64,000 nt of DNA from Planctomycetota bacterium (GTDB taxonomy: Bacteria > Planctomycetota > B15-G4 > SIAN01): positions 32,001 through 96,000 of the forward strand of contig JANNXA010000009.1 in NCBI GenBank assembly GCA_031409275.1, read 5' to 3'. The position numbers and the translations under genes are program-made. Below the pieces are notes generated by a model. The model saw only the letters and a program-made list of their open reading frames with translations. It ran no database searches and was not told the origin of the DNA. Positions within the stretch are counted from its first letter, which is position 1, and every line of letters starts with the position of its first letter. Shown here piece by piece: positions 46,532-55,592 of this stretch.

Positions 46532-47425
46532 GTGGCGTCATCGAGGAAGACCATCCTGAGCAGCGAACCGACGCGCCACTGGCACCCCGCGAAGGGGACG
46601 AGGTCGACGGCTCGTCGCGCCATCGACCACGGCCCGTCGCGTACCCTCCTCGCGTTGCTGTTCGCTGGCGCCGGATGCGGAACCATGCGTGACGGTGGCC
46701 GTTGGAGCGATGAGGCCACGCTGCTTCCCGCGCCGCAGCGAATCGCGGCGGCGGCGCGCCACGCCATCACCGATCCGTGGACCTGGCTGCCGTTGGCGGG
46801 TGCCGGCGTCGTCGGCCTCGGGGGATGGGATCGCGACATCTCCGACTGGGCACGCCGCGAGACGCCCATCTTCGGAAGCGAGAAGGCCGCGATACGCGCG
46901 GGCGGGACGCTGGGCAGCATCAGCCGCGACGCATGGATCGCCTCCGCGGTAGCGACGCCGAGCGGCGACGAGCCGCTCGCGTGGGTCGGCGACAAGTTGC
47001 GCGGGCTGTCGATCGAGTGGGCGGCGACCCTGGCGACTAGCGCCAGCACCGGCGCGCTGAAGGGCGCCCTCCACCGCGAACGCCCCAACGGAGCCAACCA
47101 ACGCAGCCTCCCGAGCAGCGCCACTTCGGACGCCTTCGCCCAGAACGCGCTCGTTCGTCGCAACCTCGACGCCATCGATGCCCCATGGCCCATCGACCTC
47201 GCCGCTCGAGCGGGAATCGGAGCGGTGGCAGCCGGCGTTGCATGGTCGCGAGTGGAGGCGGGCGCCCACTACCCCGTCGATGTCCTCACGGGTGCGGCAC
47301 TCGGCAACTTCATCGCAGTCTTCATTCACGACGCATTCCTCGGTCTTCCGGACGGCGTCGCATTGGAAGCGTTCGCACAGCCCGCCACCGGCGAGTTCGC
47401 GCTCGGCGTGACGTACCGCTTCTGA
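46532..47425 (+). CDS. PAP2 family phosphatase-like protein
   Basis: K..RERPNG, SLPSSA (normally PSGH) and SRVEAGAHYPVDVLTG. The start codon is uncertain. Confidence 0.8.
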   Translation: MASSRKTILSSEPTRHWHPAKGTRSTARRAIDHGPSRTLLALLFAGAGCGTMRDGGRWSDEATLLPAPQRIAAAARHAITDPWTWLPLAGAGVVGLGGWDRDISDWARRETPIFGSEKAAIRAGGTLGSISRDAWIASAVATPSGDEPLAWVGDKLRGLSIEWAATLATSASTGALKGALHRERPNGANQRSLPSSATSDAFAQNALVRRNLDAIDAPWPIDLAARAGIGAVAAGVAWSRVEAGAHYPVDVLTGAALGNFIAVFIHDAFLGLPDGVALEAFAQPATGEFALGVTYRF

Positions 47426-47493
47426 TCTCCGCACGACGCTCGCAGCCGCTTGGCCCGAGGAAGACGTGACCGGCACAGACCGATTCGCCCGGT

Positions 47494-48654
47494 TCAGCTC
47501 GTCGGTGGTCGATTCGGAAGCACGATGCGAAACGTCGCCCCAGCACCGACGGCGCTGTCGACCTCGATCGCGCCGCCGTGCGCCTCGATGGTGGCGCGAG
47601 CGAGCGCCAGCCCGAGCCCCGCCCCGCCGCTTGCGCCGTCCACGGCCGGGTCGCGGGTACGCGACGAATCGAGCCTTCGGAAGCGCTCGAAGATGCTCGC
47701 CTGATCGTCTGGCGCGATCCCCGGGCCCTGATCCATGACCTCGACGACGCACCGGGTGGCGATCGGGCGCGATCGCACCGTGATGGCGGTTCCCGGCGGC
47801 GAATAGCGAATCGCGTTGTCGAGCAGGTTCGCGATCGCACGGCGCACCAGCGAGCGATCCACGCGGACCGGCAGCGGCGCGTCGAGATCGATGATCAGCC
47901 GCTGGCGCTTCTCGTCGGCGAGCGTCGCAAGCTGGTCGACGACTCGCCGCGCGAGCTCGGAGAGATCCGCATCGTCGATCTCGAGCGGGTGCGAACCATC
48001 GTCGGAGCGCGCGAGCGTCAGCAGCGATTCCACGAGATGGGTCAGGCCGTCGAGCTCCTCGAGCATGCTTCCCATCGCTTCGCGCAGAGCCTCCGGGTCG
48101 CGCCGCTCGCGCAGACTCACTTCGCCGATCGCGCGCAATGCGGTGAGCGGAGTGCGCAGCTCGTGCGATGCGTCCGCCGTGAAGCGGCGCAGCGCAGCGA
48201 ATGAAGCGTCGAGGCGCGCGATCATCGCGTTCATGGTCGTCGCCAGTCGGCCAAGCTCGTCGTCCGGATTCGCGACCGGCACCCGTTCGTCGAGACGATC
48301 CGCGGTGATTCGCGCCGCGTGCGTGGTGAGTCGATCGACGGGCGCCAGCGCGCGTTTCGCCAGCAGATAGCCAGCGGCACCGGCCAGCAACATTCCTGGC
48401 GCGATCACGAGGAGCAGCGCCATCACCAGCTCGCCCAGCTCCTGCTCGACCGAAGCCGATTGCGTGTCGTAGGCCGGGCCGCGCACGATCGGCACCGACG
48501 CGGCATCGCGCGCCCCCTGCTCCTCGAGCGCCTCGAACGCCTCATGGCGCACCCATCCGTAGACCGCCATGTCATGGAGCAGCAGCAGCACTCCGAACGT
48601 CGCCGAATAGGCCAACGCGAGACGGACGCGCACGCTCTTCGGTCGCCAGCTCAC
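47494..48654 (-). CDS. Sensor histidine kinase (CusS/CzcS-like, HAMP domain)
   Basis: Two TM helices, HAMP, ASHELRTPL, NLLDNAIRYS, DQGPGI and GLGLAL. Confidence 0.93.
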   Translation of the reverse strand: MSWRPKSVRVRLALAYSATFGVLLLLHDMAVYGWVRHEAFEALEEQGARDAASVPIVRGPAYDTQSASVEQELGELVMALLLVIAPGMLLAGAAGYLLAKRALAPVDRLTTHAARITADRLDERVPVANPDDELGRLATTMNAMIARLDASFAALRRFTADASHELRTPLTALRAIGEVSLRERRDPEALREAMGSMLEELDGLTHLVESLLTLARSDDGSHPLEIDDADLSELARRVVDQLATLADEKRQRLIIDLDAPLPVRVDRSLVRRAIANLLDNAIRYSPPGTAITVRSRPIATRCVVEVMDQGPGIAPDDQASIFERFRRLDSSRTRDPAVDGASGGAGLGLALARATIEAHGGAIEVDSAVGAGATFRIVLPNRPPTS

Positions 48655-49352
48655 GCCGGCTCCTCGCGCAGGATGAAGCCGACGCCGCGCACGGTATGGA
48701 GCAGCCTCGTCGTCGCGTCCAGGTCGACCTTGCGTCGCAGTCGAGCCATGGTGACATCGATGACATTGTCAAGCGACGTTGCCCGTCCGGTCTCCTGCCA
48801 GACTTCTCGTGCCAGCATCTCGCGCGAAACGAGCTGCCCCTGGTGGATCAGCAAGAAGTCGAGCAGTTCGTACTCGCGCTGGGTGAGTTCGAGCGGGCGA
48901 CCGCCACGCGTTCCGCGACGATCGCGAGGATCGAGGATCAGGTCGGCGCAGCGACGAGGGGCGGCCGCGTCGGGTCGCGTGCGGCGCAACAAGGCACGCA
49001 AGCGCGCGACGAGTTCCGCGAAGGCGAAGGGCTTGACCAGGTAATCGTCGGCGCCGGCATCGAGCCCGGTGATGCGATCGTCGACGTCGTCGCGAGCCGT
49101 GAGGATCAGGACTGGCACCTCGTGTCCGGCTCGTCGCAGCGCCTTCAAGACCTCGACGCCGTCGCGTCCGGGCAGCATCCAGTCGAGCACCAGCAGCGCG
49201 AAGGGCTCGGTCGTGGCGAGGAAGTAGCCGTCGGTCCCGCTGCTCGCCAAGGAGACGTCGAAGCCCTCGCCGCGCAGCCCCTCTTCGAGTGCGTGCGCGA
49301 GCTTGAGCTGATCTTCGATCACGAGGATGCGGGGACGCTCCGATGACGGCAT
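48651..49352 (-). CDS. OmpR-family response regulator (CusR/CzcR-like)
   Basis: ILVIED, LDWMLPG, GADDYLVKPF and LHTVRGVGF. Confidence 0.95.
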   Translation of the reverse strand: MPSSERPRILVIEDQLKLAHALEEGLRGEGFDVSLASSGTDGYFLATTEPFALLVLDWMLPGRDGVEVLKALRRAGHEVPVLILTARDDVDDRITGLDAGADDYLVKPFAFAELVARLRALLRRTRPDAAAPRRCADLILDPRDRRGTRGGRPLELTQREYELLDFLLIHQGQLVSREMLAREVWQETGRATSLDNVIDVTMARLRRKVDLDATTRLLHTVRGVGFILREEPA

Positions 49353-49510
49353 GCCGCTGATGCTAGGCCGGCGCCGCTGTGTACCGCCTTGAACGCCTTG
49401 CATCGTTGTAAGCCAATCTTCAGGCGGGACCCGTCGCAGGGGGAAGACGTGCATCGGACCGGCTAACGTCTCGCGCCGCGAATCACCGTCCGACTTGTTG
49501 GAGGTTCGAG

Positions 49511-51415
49511 TTGGGGAACGACGTCACGCAGGTCGGAAATCCAGATCAGCCGACGACGTTCTCGGCTCTGCGCCGCCTCTTCTTTCTGAACTGGCTGCTG
49601 GCGCTGGCGATCCTCGCATTGCACTTCACTCAAGTGCGTTGGATCGGTCCGGGGACCGTCGCCTTCGTGCTGGCCGCGTGGATCGAGTACGCGGCGCTCT
49701 ACCTGCTGCCGGCGTTCCTGCCCGCGTTGCTGCTCGCGTTCGCGCTGCGCCGGGGCGGGCAGTGGGGAGCGTGGATCGCGCTGACGGTCGCGACGGTGCT
49801 GGCGACGGCGACGCAGCTCGTCCTCTTCGTCGACACGGTCATCTTCCGGATGTACGGCTACCACCTGAACGGCTTCGTCTGGAACCTGCTGTGGACGCCA
49901 GGCGGCATCGCCTCGATGGATGCGGACGGAGCGACGACGCGGTTCGCCTCGATCGTGGTCGCGGCAGTGATCGCGCTCGAAGCGCTCGCGCTGCGGCTCG
50001 CCTGCGGCTTCCCGAAGTTCTGGGCGCGACTGGCGCCGCATCGACCGCGACGCGCGGCCTGGGTCGCCTTCGCGCTGTTCCTGACGATCGGCGTCGGCGA
50101 GCGCCTCGCCTTCGGCTTCGCCAACCTGCTCGACTACCGACCGGTCATCGTCGCGCACGACACCTTCCCGTTCTATCTGCGCACGCGGATCCGCAAGCTC
50201 GCTTCGCGGCTGGGCTACGAGATGCAGCGCGACCTCGAGGTCGACCTCGACGTCGGCTCGGCGAACCTGCGCTATCCGTTGGCGCCGCTCCAAATGCGTC
50301 CCGACCGCAAACGCTGGAACATCGTCTGGCTGGTCGCGGAGTCGTGGCGCGCCGACACCCTCGACGCCGAAGTGATGCCACAGACCAACGCGTTCGCGGA
50401 TCAGGCGTTGCGATTTCGCCAGCACGTCAGCGGCGGCAACGGCACGCGCATGGGCGTCTTCGCGATGTTCTACGGGCTCTACGGCTCGTACTGGTTCCCG
50501 TTCCTGAACGAGGGACGCGGCCCGGTCTTGATCGACCAGCTCCTCACGGACAACTACCAGTTCACGGTGTCCACCAGCGCCAAGTTCACCTTCCCGGAGT
50601 TCGACCGCACGATCTGGTCGAAGCTCCCGCACGAAGATCTCATCGAGGGCGATGAGTCGAAGCGCGGCTGGGAGAACGACCGCGAGCTGGTGAGCCGCAT
50701 GCTGGAGAAGATCGACACGCGCGATCCGCAGCGCCCCTTCTTCACCTTCCACTTCTTCGAGTCGCCGCACGCGCAGTACTGGTTCCCTCCCGAGTCGGTG
50801 ATCCGCACGCCGTACAGCGATGAGATGAACTACGCCACGCTCGATCGCTCCGACATGCCGCTGGTGAAGAACCGCTACCTGAACGCCGTCCATCACCTCG
50901 ACAGCCAGCTCGGCCGCATCTTCGACCACCTCCGCGAACGCAAACTGCTCGACGACACGCTGATCGTCGTCACCGGCGACCACGGCGAGGAGTTCATGGA
51001 GAAGGGTCGCTTCGGCCACCACTCCACCTTCAGCGAGGAGCAGATCCGCACGCCGCTCGTGCTGTGGATCCCGGGTCAGGCGCCGCGCGCGATCGACGAC
51101 ACCTCGAGCCATCTCGATCTCCCGGCGACGGTCCTCCACGTGCTCGGCGCCGTCAACGACCCCGCGGACTACTCGCTCGGCATCGACCTGCTCGGCCCGA
51201 CGCGCCGCGACCATGTGATCGTCGCGGACTGGGACCGGCTCTGCCTGCGCGACGCCCAATGGAAGGGGATCTTCCCGGTCCACCAGCGCGGCTTCCTCGG
51301 CTTCGAAGTCACGACGAAGGACGACGTGCCCGTCGACGACCGCGCCGCGTATCGCGCGGGCCACGTGCGCGAACTGCTCGAAGTGATGCAGGGGTTGGCA
51401 CGCTTCACGCGGTGA
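49511..51415 (+). CDS. YejM/PbgA (LapC)-like membrane-anchored sulfatase-fold protein
   Basis: Five N-terminal TM helices, LRYPLAPL, ESWRAD, HVSGGN.TR.G.F..FYGL, VTGDHGEEF and TSSHLD. Confidence 0.85.
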   Translation: MGNDVTQVGNPDQPTTFSALRRLFFLNWLLALAILALHFTQVRWIGPGTVAFVLAAWIEYAALYLLPAFLPALLLAFALRRGGQWGAWIALTVATVLATATQLVLFVDTVIFRMYGYHLNGFVWNLLWTPGGIASMDADGATTRFASIVVAAVIALEALALRLACGFPKFWARLAPHRPRRAAWVAFALFLTIGVGERLAFGFANLLDYRPVIVAHDTFPFYLRTRIRKLASRLGYEMQRDLEVDLDVGSANLRYPLAPLQMRPDRKRWNIVWLVAESWRADTLDAEVMPQTNAFADQALRFRQHVSGGNGTRMGVFAMFYGLYGSYWFPFLNEGRGPVLIDQLLTDNYQFTVSTSAKFTFPEFDRTIWSKLPHEDLIEGDESKRGWENDRELVSRMLEKIDTRDPQRPFFTFHFFESPHAQYWFPPESVIRTPYSDEMNYATLDRSDMPLVKNRYLNAVHHLDSQLGRIFDHLRERKLLDDTLIVVTGDHGEEFMEKGRFGHHSTFSEEQIRTPLVLWIPGQAPRAIDDTSSHLDLPATVLHVLGAVNDPADYSLGIDLLGPTRRDHVIVADWDRLCLRDAQWKGIFPVHQRGFLGFEVTTKDDVPVDDRAAYRAGHVRELLEVMQGLARFTR

Positions 51416-51462
51416 GACGGTCCGCGTACGCTGCGCGCCCCCATCCGCCGCAGGAGCTCGCC

Positions 51463-52365
51463 ATGTCGCTCTCTCGTCTCCGCCTCGTCGCTGGTCTCGC
51501 CGCCGTCGGCTCGCTGGCCGCCGCCACCGTTGCGTTCGCCCCGCGGCCCACGGCTCGCCCCAGCGAACCGGCGCGCATCGGGCAGGCCGCCGCGGCCTCG
51601 TTCGGCGAGAACGCGTGGTGGGATGACGGCAAGGCGGAGCTGTCGCGCTACGCCGCCGAGGAGATCGTCGAAGGCGAGAAACGCGCGTTCACCGCCTGGT
51701 CCGTGATCGTCGCCGAGCACTTCGACCCGAAGCAGATGGTGAAGAAGGAGGGCTACGACGCCGCCTACGTGCCGGTGCTGAAGTGCAACTGGTTCCTCCA
51801 CATCCCGACCGGCGTCTACGCCTACCAGCAGATGGCGTCGCTCTTCCTGCGGCGCGCCGACAGTCTGGTGATGAAGGCCGCCTTCTCGAGCCAGGAGTGG
51901 TGCGGGATGACGTTCGCCGAGTGGCGTCGTGATCAGGATGGCCTCGCGGCCCACTCGTACTGGGATGGCGAAGCGGACCAGCGCTACGAGCTGCCGGAGC
52001 TCGCCACCAACACGCTCTTCTACGAGCAGCTGCCGTTGTGGATCCGCGGCCGCCATCCCGAGCGCGCCCGCACCGAGCCGATCACGCTGATCCGCAAGCG
52101 AATCGCCACGTCGAAGTGCCCGCCCCCGAAGTTGGTCGCCGCCGCGATCTGGTTCGACGGCGTGAAGGACGACGCCACGGGCAAGCGCCTCGAAGCGCGC
52201 CTGCTGATCGACAAGGAGATGGACACCTTCGTCTTCGAGCCCGACTTCCCGCACGTAATGCGCGAGTGGCGCCGCAACGACGGCACCGTGTGGAAGCTCG
52301 AGAAGAGCGCCCGCCTCGACTACTGGAAGTTCAGCAAGAACGAGTTCAGCGAACTGCTGAAGTAG
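51463..52365 (+). CDS. Conserved hypothetical exported protein
   Basis: RBS AGGAG, signal peptide, WDDGKAELSRY, IPTGVYAY..M.S.F, SSQEWCG and RLDYW, with strong coding codon bias. Confidence 0.75.
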   Translation: MSLSRLRLVAGLAAVGSLAAATVAFAPRPTARPSEPARIGQAAAASFGENAWWDDGKAELSRYAAEEIVEGEKRAFTAWSVIVAEHFDPKQMVKKEGYDAAYVPVLKCNWFLHIPTGVYAYQQMASLFLRRADSLVMKAAFSSQEWCGMTFAEWRRDQDGLAAHSYWDGEADQRYELPELATNTLFYEQLPLWIRGRHPERARTEPITLIRKRIATSKCPPPKLVAAAIWFDGVKDDATGKRLEARLLIDKEMDTFVFEPDFPHVMREWRRNDGTVWKLEKSARLDYWKFSKNEFSELLK

Positions 52366-52388
52366 CTCCGCCGAAGGAAACGGCGGAG
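52366..52388. terminator. Hairpin between convergent genes
   Basis: CTCCGCCG-AAGGAAA-CGGCGGAG, with no U-tract. Confidence 0.45.
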
Positions 52389-52397
52389 GGAGCGGCT

Positions 52398-54359
52398 CTA
52401 CTTCGCGATCCGGCAGAACGGCGATGCGGGCAGTCCGGCGCCGTTGAAGAGGTTGGGCGCGCAGGTGTCGGCGAAGCCGAAGCGGACGTCCGTCGGCTGC
52501 GCGACCGCGACGCAACGCACGACCACCGTCTCGCCATCGACGGTCGCCTGCGCGGGATGCCACACCCCATCGGCACCGCACAGCTCGAAGTCGGTCAACG
52601 CGCCGTCCTTGGCGACGAGCCCGGCGGCGTGGGTGAAGCGGACGCGGACGGCATCGCGCTCGACGGCGTGCGAGGCGTAGAGCGGGCCGCTCCATTCGCC
52701 GACGTCGCGCTTGTAGGTCTGGCTCAGCGCCCACAGCGCGAGGCGACGCCCAACCTCCTGTTTGTTGGCCGGGTGGATGTTGCCACCGTCGCCGATGTCC
52801 ATCGTCACCGCCATGCCGGTGTTGGGCACGGCGAGCGTCTCGAACTGCGCCTGGCGCAGCTCCGCCGTGGCGCGGCGCGAGCCGTCGTAGTTGTAGGGCG
52901 CGATCTGCACGAAGAGGAACGGGAAGGCGGGACGCTCGAACTGGGCGCGCCAGTCGGCGATCAGCCCCTTCATCAGCGCGAGGTACTCGGTCGGTAGCCC
53001 GCGATTGCTCTCCCCCTGGTACCAGAGCGCGCCACGGATGCCGAAGGGGACAATCGGCGCCACGAGGCCGTTCCACAGCACCGACGCGACGTTGGGGTGG
53101 AGCTGGGCGCCGGCATTGGGCAGCGGCGGCAGGCCATCGGCCGCGCAGCCGAGCCGGCGCTTCCAGGGGCCGGAGAGCGTGACGCTCGCGACCGCCTTTC
53201 CATCGCGGTGCGCCGCGACGGTCACCCCCTCCTTGCCGACGCCCGCGATGCCACCACCGCCGCCGGTGTCGACGACGCGCACCGCCAGGACGTGGCGAGC
53301 CGGCGTCGTCAGCTGCGCGGGAATCGTGTAGCTGCGCGCTTCGTTCCAGCGACCGTGCACCTCGACGCCGCCGATCTTCTGGCCATCGAAGAAGACCTGA
53401 TCCATGTCGTCGATGGCGCCGAGCGACAACACGAGCTCCTGACCCACGAACTCGTGCGGCAGCGTCTCGAACGTCCGGCGATACCACACCGAGCCGTCGA
53501 CGTTCTCCATCCCCACGAACGCGTCAGGGACGGCCACGTCGCTCCAGCCCGAGTCATTGAATCCGGGCGCTGCCCAGCCGTTCTTCGCGCCGAGGTCCTT
53601 CTCGTCGAGCGCCGCCCAATAGCCGGCCCATGCGTTCGCCACGGCGTCGTTGCCGCCTTTCGCTGCAGCCGCCTCGCTCGCGACCCAATCGAGCTCCGGC
53701 TGCAGGCGCGGGAACGTGGCGAGCGCTTCGCGTCGCATCCACGCCTGCGCCACGGTTCCGCCCCAGTTGACGCCGATCAGCCCGACCGGCACGCCGAGCT
53801 CGCGACGCAGTTCTCGCGCGAAGAACCAGCCGACGCAGCTGAAGCCATTCACGCTCTCGGGAGTCGCCGGCATCCAGCTCGCCTCGCAATCGGCCAGCGG
53901 AGCCGCAGCGACGACGTTCGGCACGTCGAACAACCGCACCTGCGGATCGCTCGCCGCCGCGCGTTCTTCTTCAGCGTTGGCGACACCGCCGTAGGCGAAC
54001 GCCCACTCCATGTTCGACTGACCGCCGCACAGCCACACTTCGCCGACCAGCACGTCCTCGAGCACCAGCGTGTTCTTGCCGGTGACGGTGATCTGGCTGC
54101 CCTGCTCGCTCGCCTTCGGGGTCTTGAGCAGCGTCTTGAAGCGGCCATCGGCTCCGGCCGTCGTCTTCGCCGATTCGCCCCAGCTCGCCTTCACGGTCAC
54201 CGCTTCGCCCGGATCGGCCCACCCCCAGATCGCCACCTCGCTCTTCTCCTGCACCACCATGTGCGAGCCGAGGATGTGGGGCAGCCGGACGTCGGCCACG
54301 GCGAGCGGCGCCGAGAACGCAAGGGCGGAAGGAAGCAGCAACGCGCGCGGGTGGACCAT
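52398..54359 (-). CDS. Sialate O-acetylesterase (SASA) with inserted sugar-binding domain
   Basis: GEVWLCGGQSNM, WGGT, GAIDDMD, WYQGESN, QIAPY and IHPANKQEVGRRL. Confidence 0.93.
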   Translation of the reverse strand: MVHPRALLLPSALAFSAPLAVADVRLPHILGSHMVVQEKSEVAIWGWADPGEAVTVKASWGESAKTTAGADGRFKTLLKTPKASEQGSQITVTGKNTLVLEDVLVGEVWLCGGQSNMEWAFAYGGVANAEEERAAASDPQVRLFDVPNVVAAAPLADCEASWMPATPESVNGFSCVGWFFARELRRELGVPVGLIGVNWGGTVAQAWMRREALATFPRLQPELDWVASEAAAAKGGNDAVANAWAGYWAALDEKDLGAKNGWAAPGFNDSGWSDVAVPDAFVGMENVDGSVWYRRTFETLPHEFVGQELVLSLGAIDDMDQVFFDGQKIGGVEVHGRWNEARSYTIPAQLTTPARHVLAVRVVDTGGGGGIAGVGKEGVTVAAHRDGKAVASVTLSGPWKRRLGCAADGLPPLPNAGAQLHPNVASVLWNGLVAPIVPFGIRGALWYQGESNRGLPTEYLALMKGLIADWRAQFERPAFPFLFVQIAPYNYDGSRRATAELRQAQFETLAVPNTGMAVTMDIGDGGNIHPANKQEVGRRLALWALSQTYKRDVGEWSGPLYASHAVERDAVRVRFTHAAGLVAKDGALTDFELCGADGVWHPAQATVDGETVVVRCVAVAQPTDVRFGFADTCAPNLFNGAGLPASPFCRIAK

Positions 54360-55032
54360 TTCGCTTCTCCTGCGAAGACCATCGGTTCACCAAGGTTGCC
54401 CGCGCGCGCCCGCGATCGCCAGCGCTCGATCGAACGCGCTTGGCGGGTCGCACCCAGCTTCGGGCGGCGGCTACTTCACGGCGGCTTGCTTGAACCGCTT
54501 CGTGAGCGTCGTCGCGGAGGTCATTCGATCGAGCAGCTCGGGGGCTGCGACGTCCGGCAGGTAGAGCGCGATCGCGGGTGCCGCGGCGATCCCGATCGAC
54601 TGCGCCAGCGTCGCGTGGTCCGCCTCGGCGCGGTCGAGGCGAAGCAGCGTCCAGCCCGAGGCCGCCTTGGCGGCATCGGCCGAGCAGAGGACCTCCTTCT
54701 CGAACTTGCGCGCGGCCGCAACTTCGGCCTTCGCCTTGGCGTCGTCCCCTTCGCGCGTCTCGCGGCCGACGTAGACCGCGACTGGAGTCCCCGACTTGCG
54801 TGCCTGCTCGAGCTCGTCACAGGTCACGCGCCGATCACTGCCGCCGCCGGTCGCGCGTACGGTCGCTCCGACGAACGGCACCAGGGTCCTGGGATGGGCG
54901 CGATCCCACGCATCAGCGTGCTTGGTCAGCCAGCGCACCAACTGCTTGGGCTGATGAGCGTCGGCATCGGACGCGCGCTCGATCACCTTGCCGTCGCTGG
55001 CGACGACGAAGACCTGGGCCGACGGGTCATCA

Positions 55033-55215
55033 CTAGCCCGCTTTATTCATGAGCCCCGTAGCGAGGCGACGGGATGTTGGCGCAGGACGAGGAGGGAAAT
55101 CGCGGCTCCGACGATGCGGGTCTGCTGACCCGCTGAGGAAGGAACGCGGTTTTCCGACGATGTCATGCGCCGACAGACCGAGCCGCAGCAGGGACTCGTG
55201 AACAAGGCGGGCGAG
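55033..55215. mobile_element. 175-bp MITE with CTAG/CGAG target duplication
   Basis: Imperfect TIRs CCCGCTTTATTCATGAGCCCC / GGGACTCGTGAACAAGGCGGG. Removing 179 nt restores GGC-ACT-AGT-GAT-GAC in the host gene. The interior is fully palindromic. Confidence 0.85.
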
Positions 55216-55324
55216 TGCCGCCGTGCTGTTGGGTCCACGGGATGACCTTGCCGTTCAGTCCGTCGTAGAGCCACTCCACCGGCTCGAAACGCAGCGCGAT
55301 CTTCGCGAAGTCGGCGTCGGCCTG

Positions 55325-55358
55325 GACTTGGGTCACGCCAGGTCTTGCAGGTGGCTCA
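55325..55358 (-). promoter_or_regulatory. In-frame UGA plus SECIS-like hairpin
   Basis: UGA, an 11-nt spacer GCCACCUGCAA, then GACCUGG-CGUGAC-CCAAGUC with GU in the apical loop. Confidence 0.55.
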
Positions 55359-55592
55359 TTGCTCGTTGGACCAGGCGGTCGCCACGAGCAGCGCCTTCCC
55401 GCTCTTGCGCGCGGCGACTACGCCATCGTCGAGCGTCTTGTGCCACCCCGGCGGAGCGGCCGCAGGAAGCACCCAACAGAGGAGCGCGAAACCTGAAGCG
55501 AACCACTTCGACATGACGCTCTCCGCGACCTCGCACGCACGCGTCGCCACGACCGCGAACGATCCTACGCGCGTCCTTCTAGACTGCGGCGC

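Larger units (their letters stand above)
54471..55514 (-). pseudogene. Exported thioredoxin-fold selenoprotein (UxxC), disrupted by a frameshift and a MITE
   Basis: Signal peptide, W..LDDG..AARKSGK.LLV, then W-S-N-E-Q-TGA-A-T-C-K. An extra base lies in the run at 55330-55332. An insertion sits between codons GGT and SDDP. The C-terminal part is ORF 54471-54986. Confidence 0.8.

Noticed and set aside
55047..55274. 75-aa ORF as an independent gene
   Set aside because: It consists of off-frame selenoprotein sequence plus MITE sequence.
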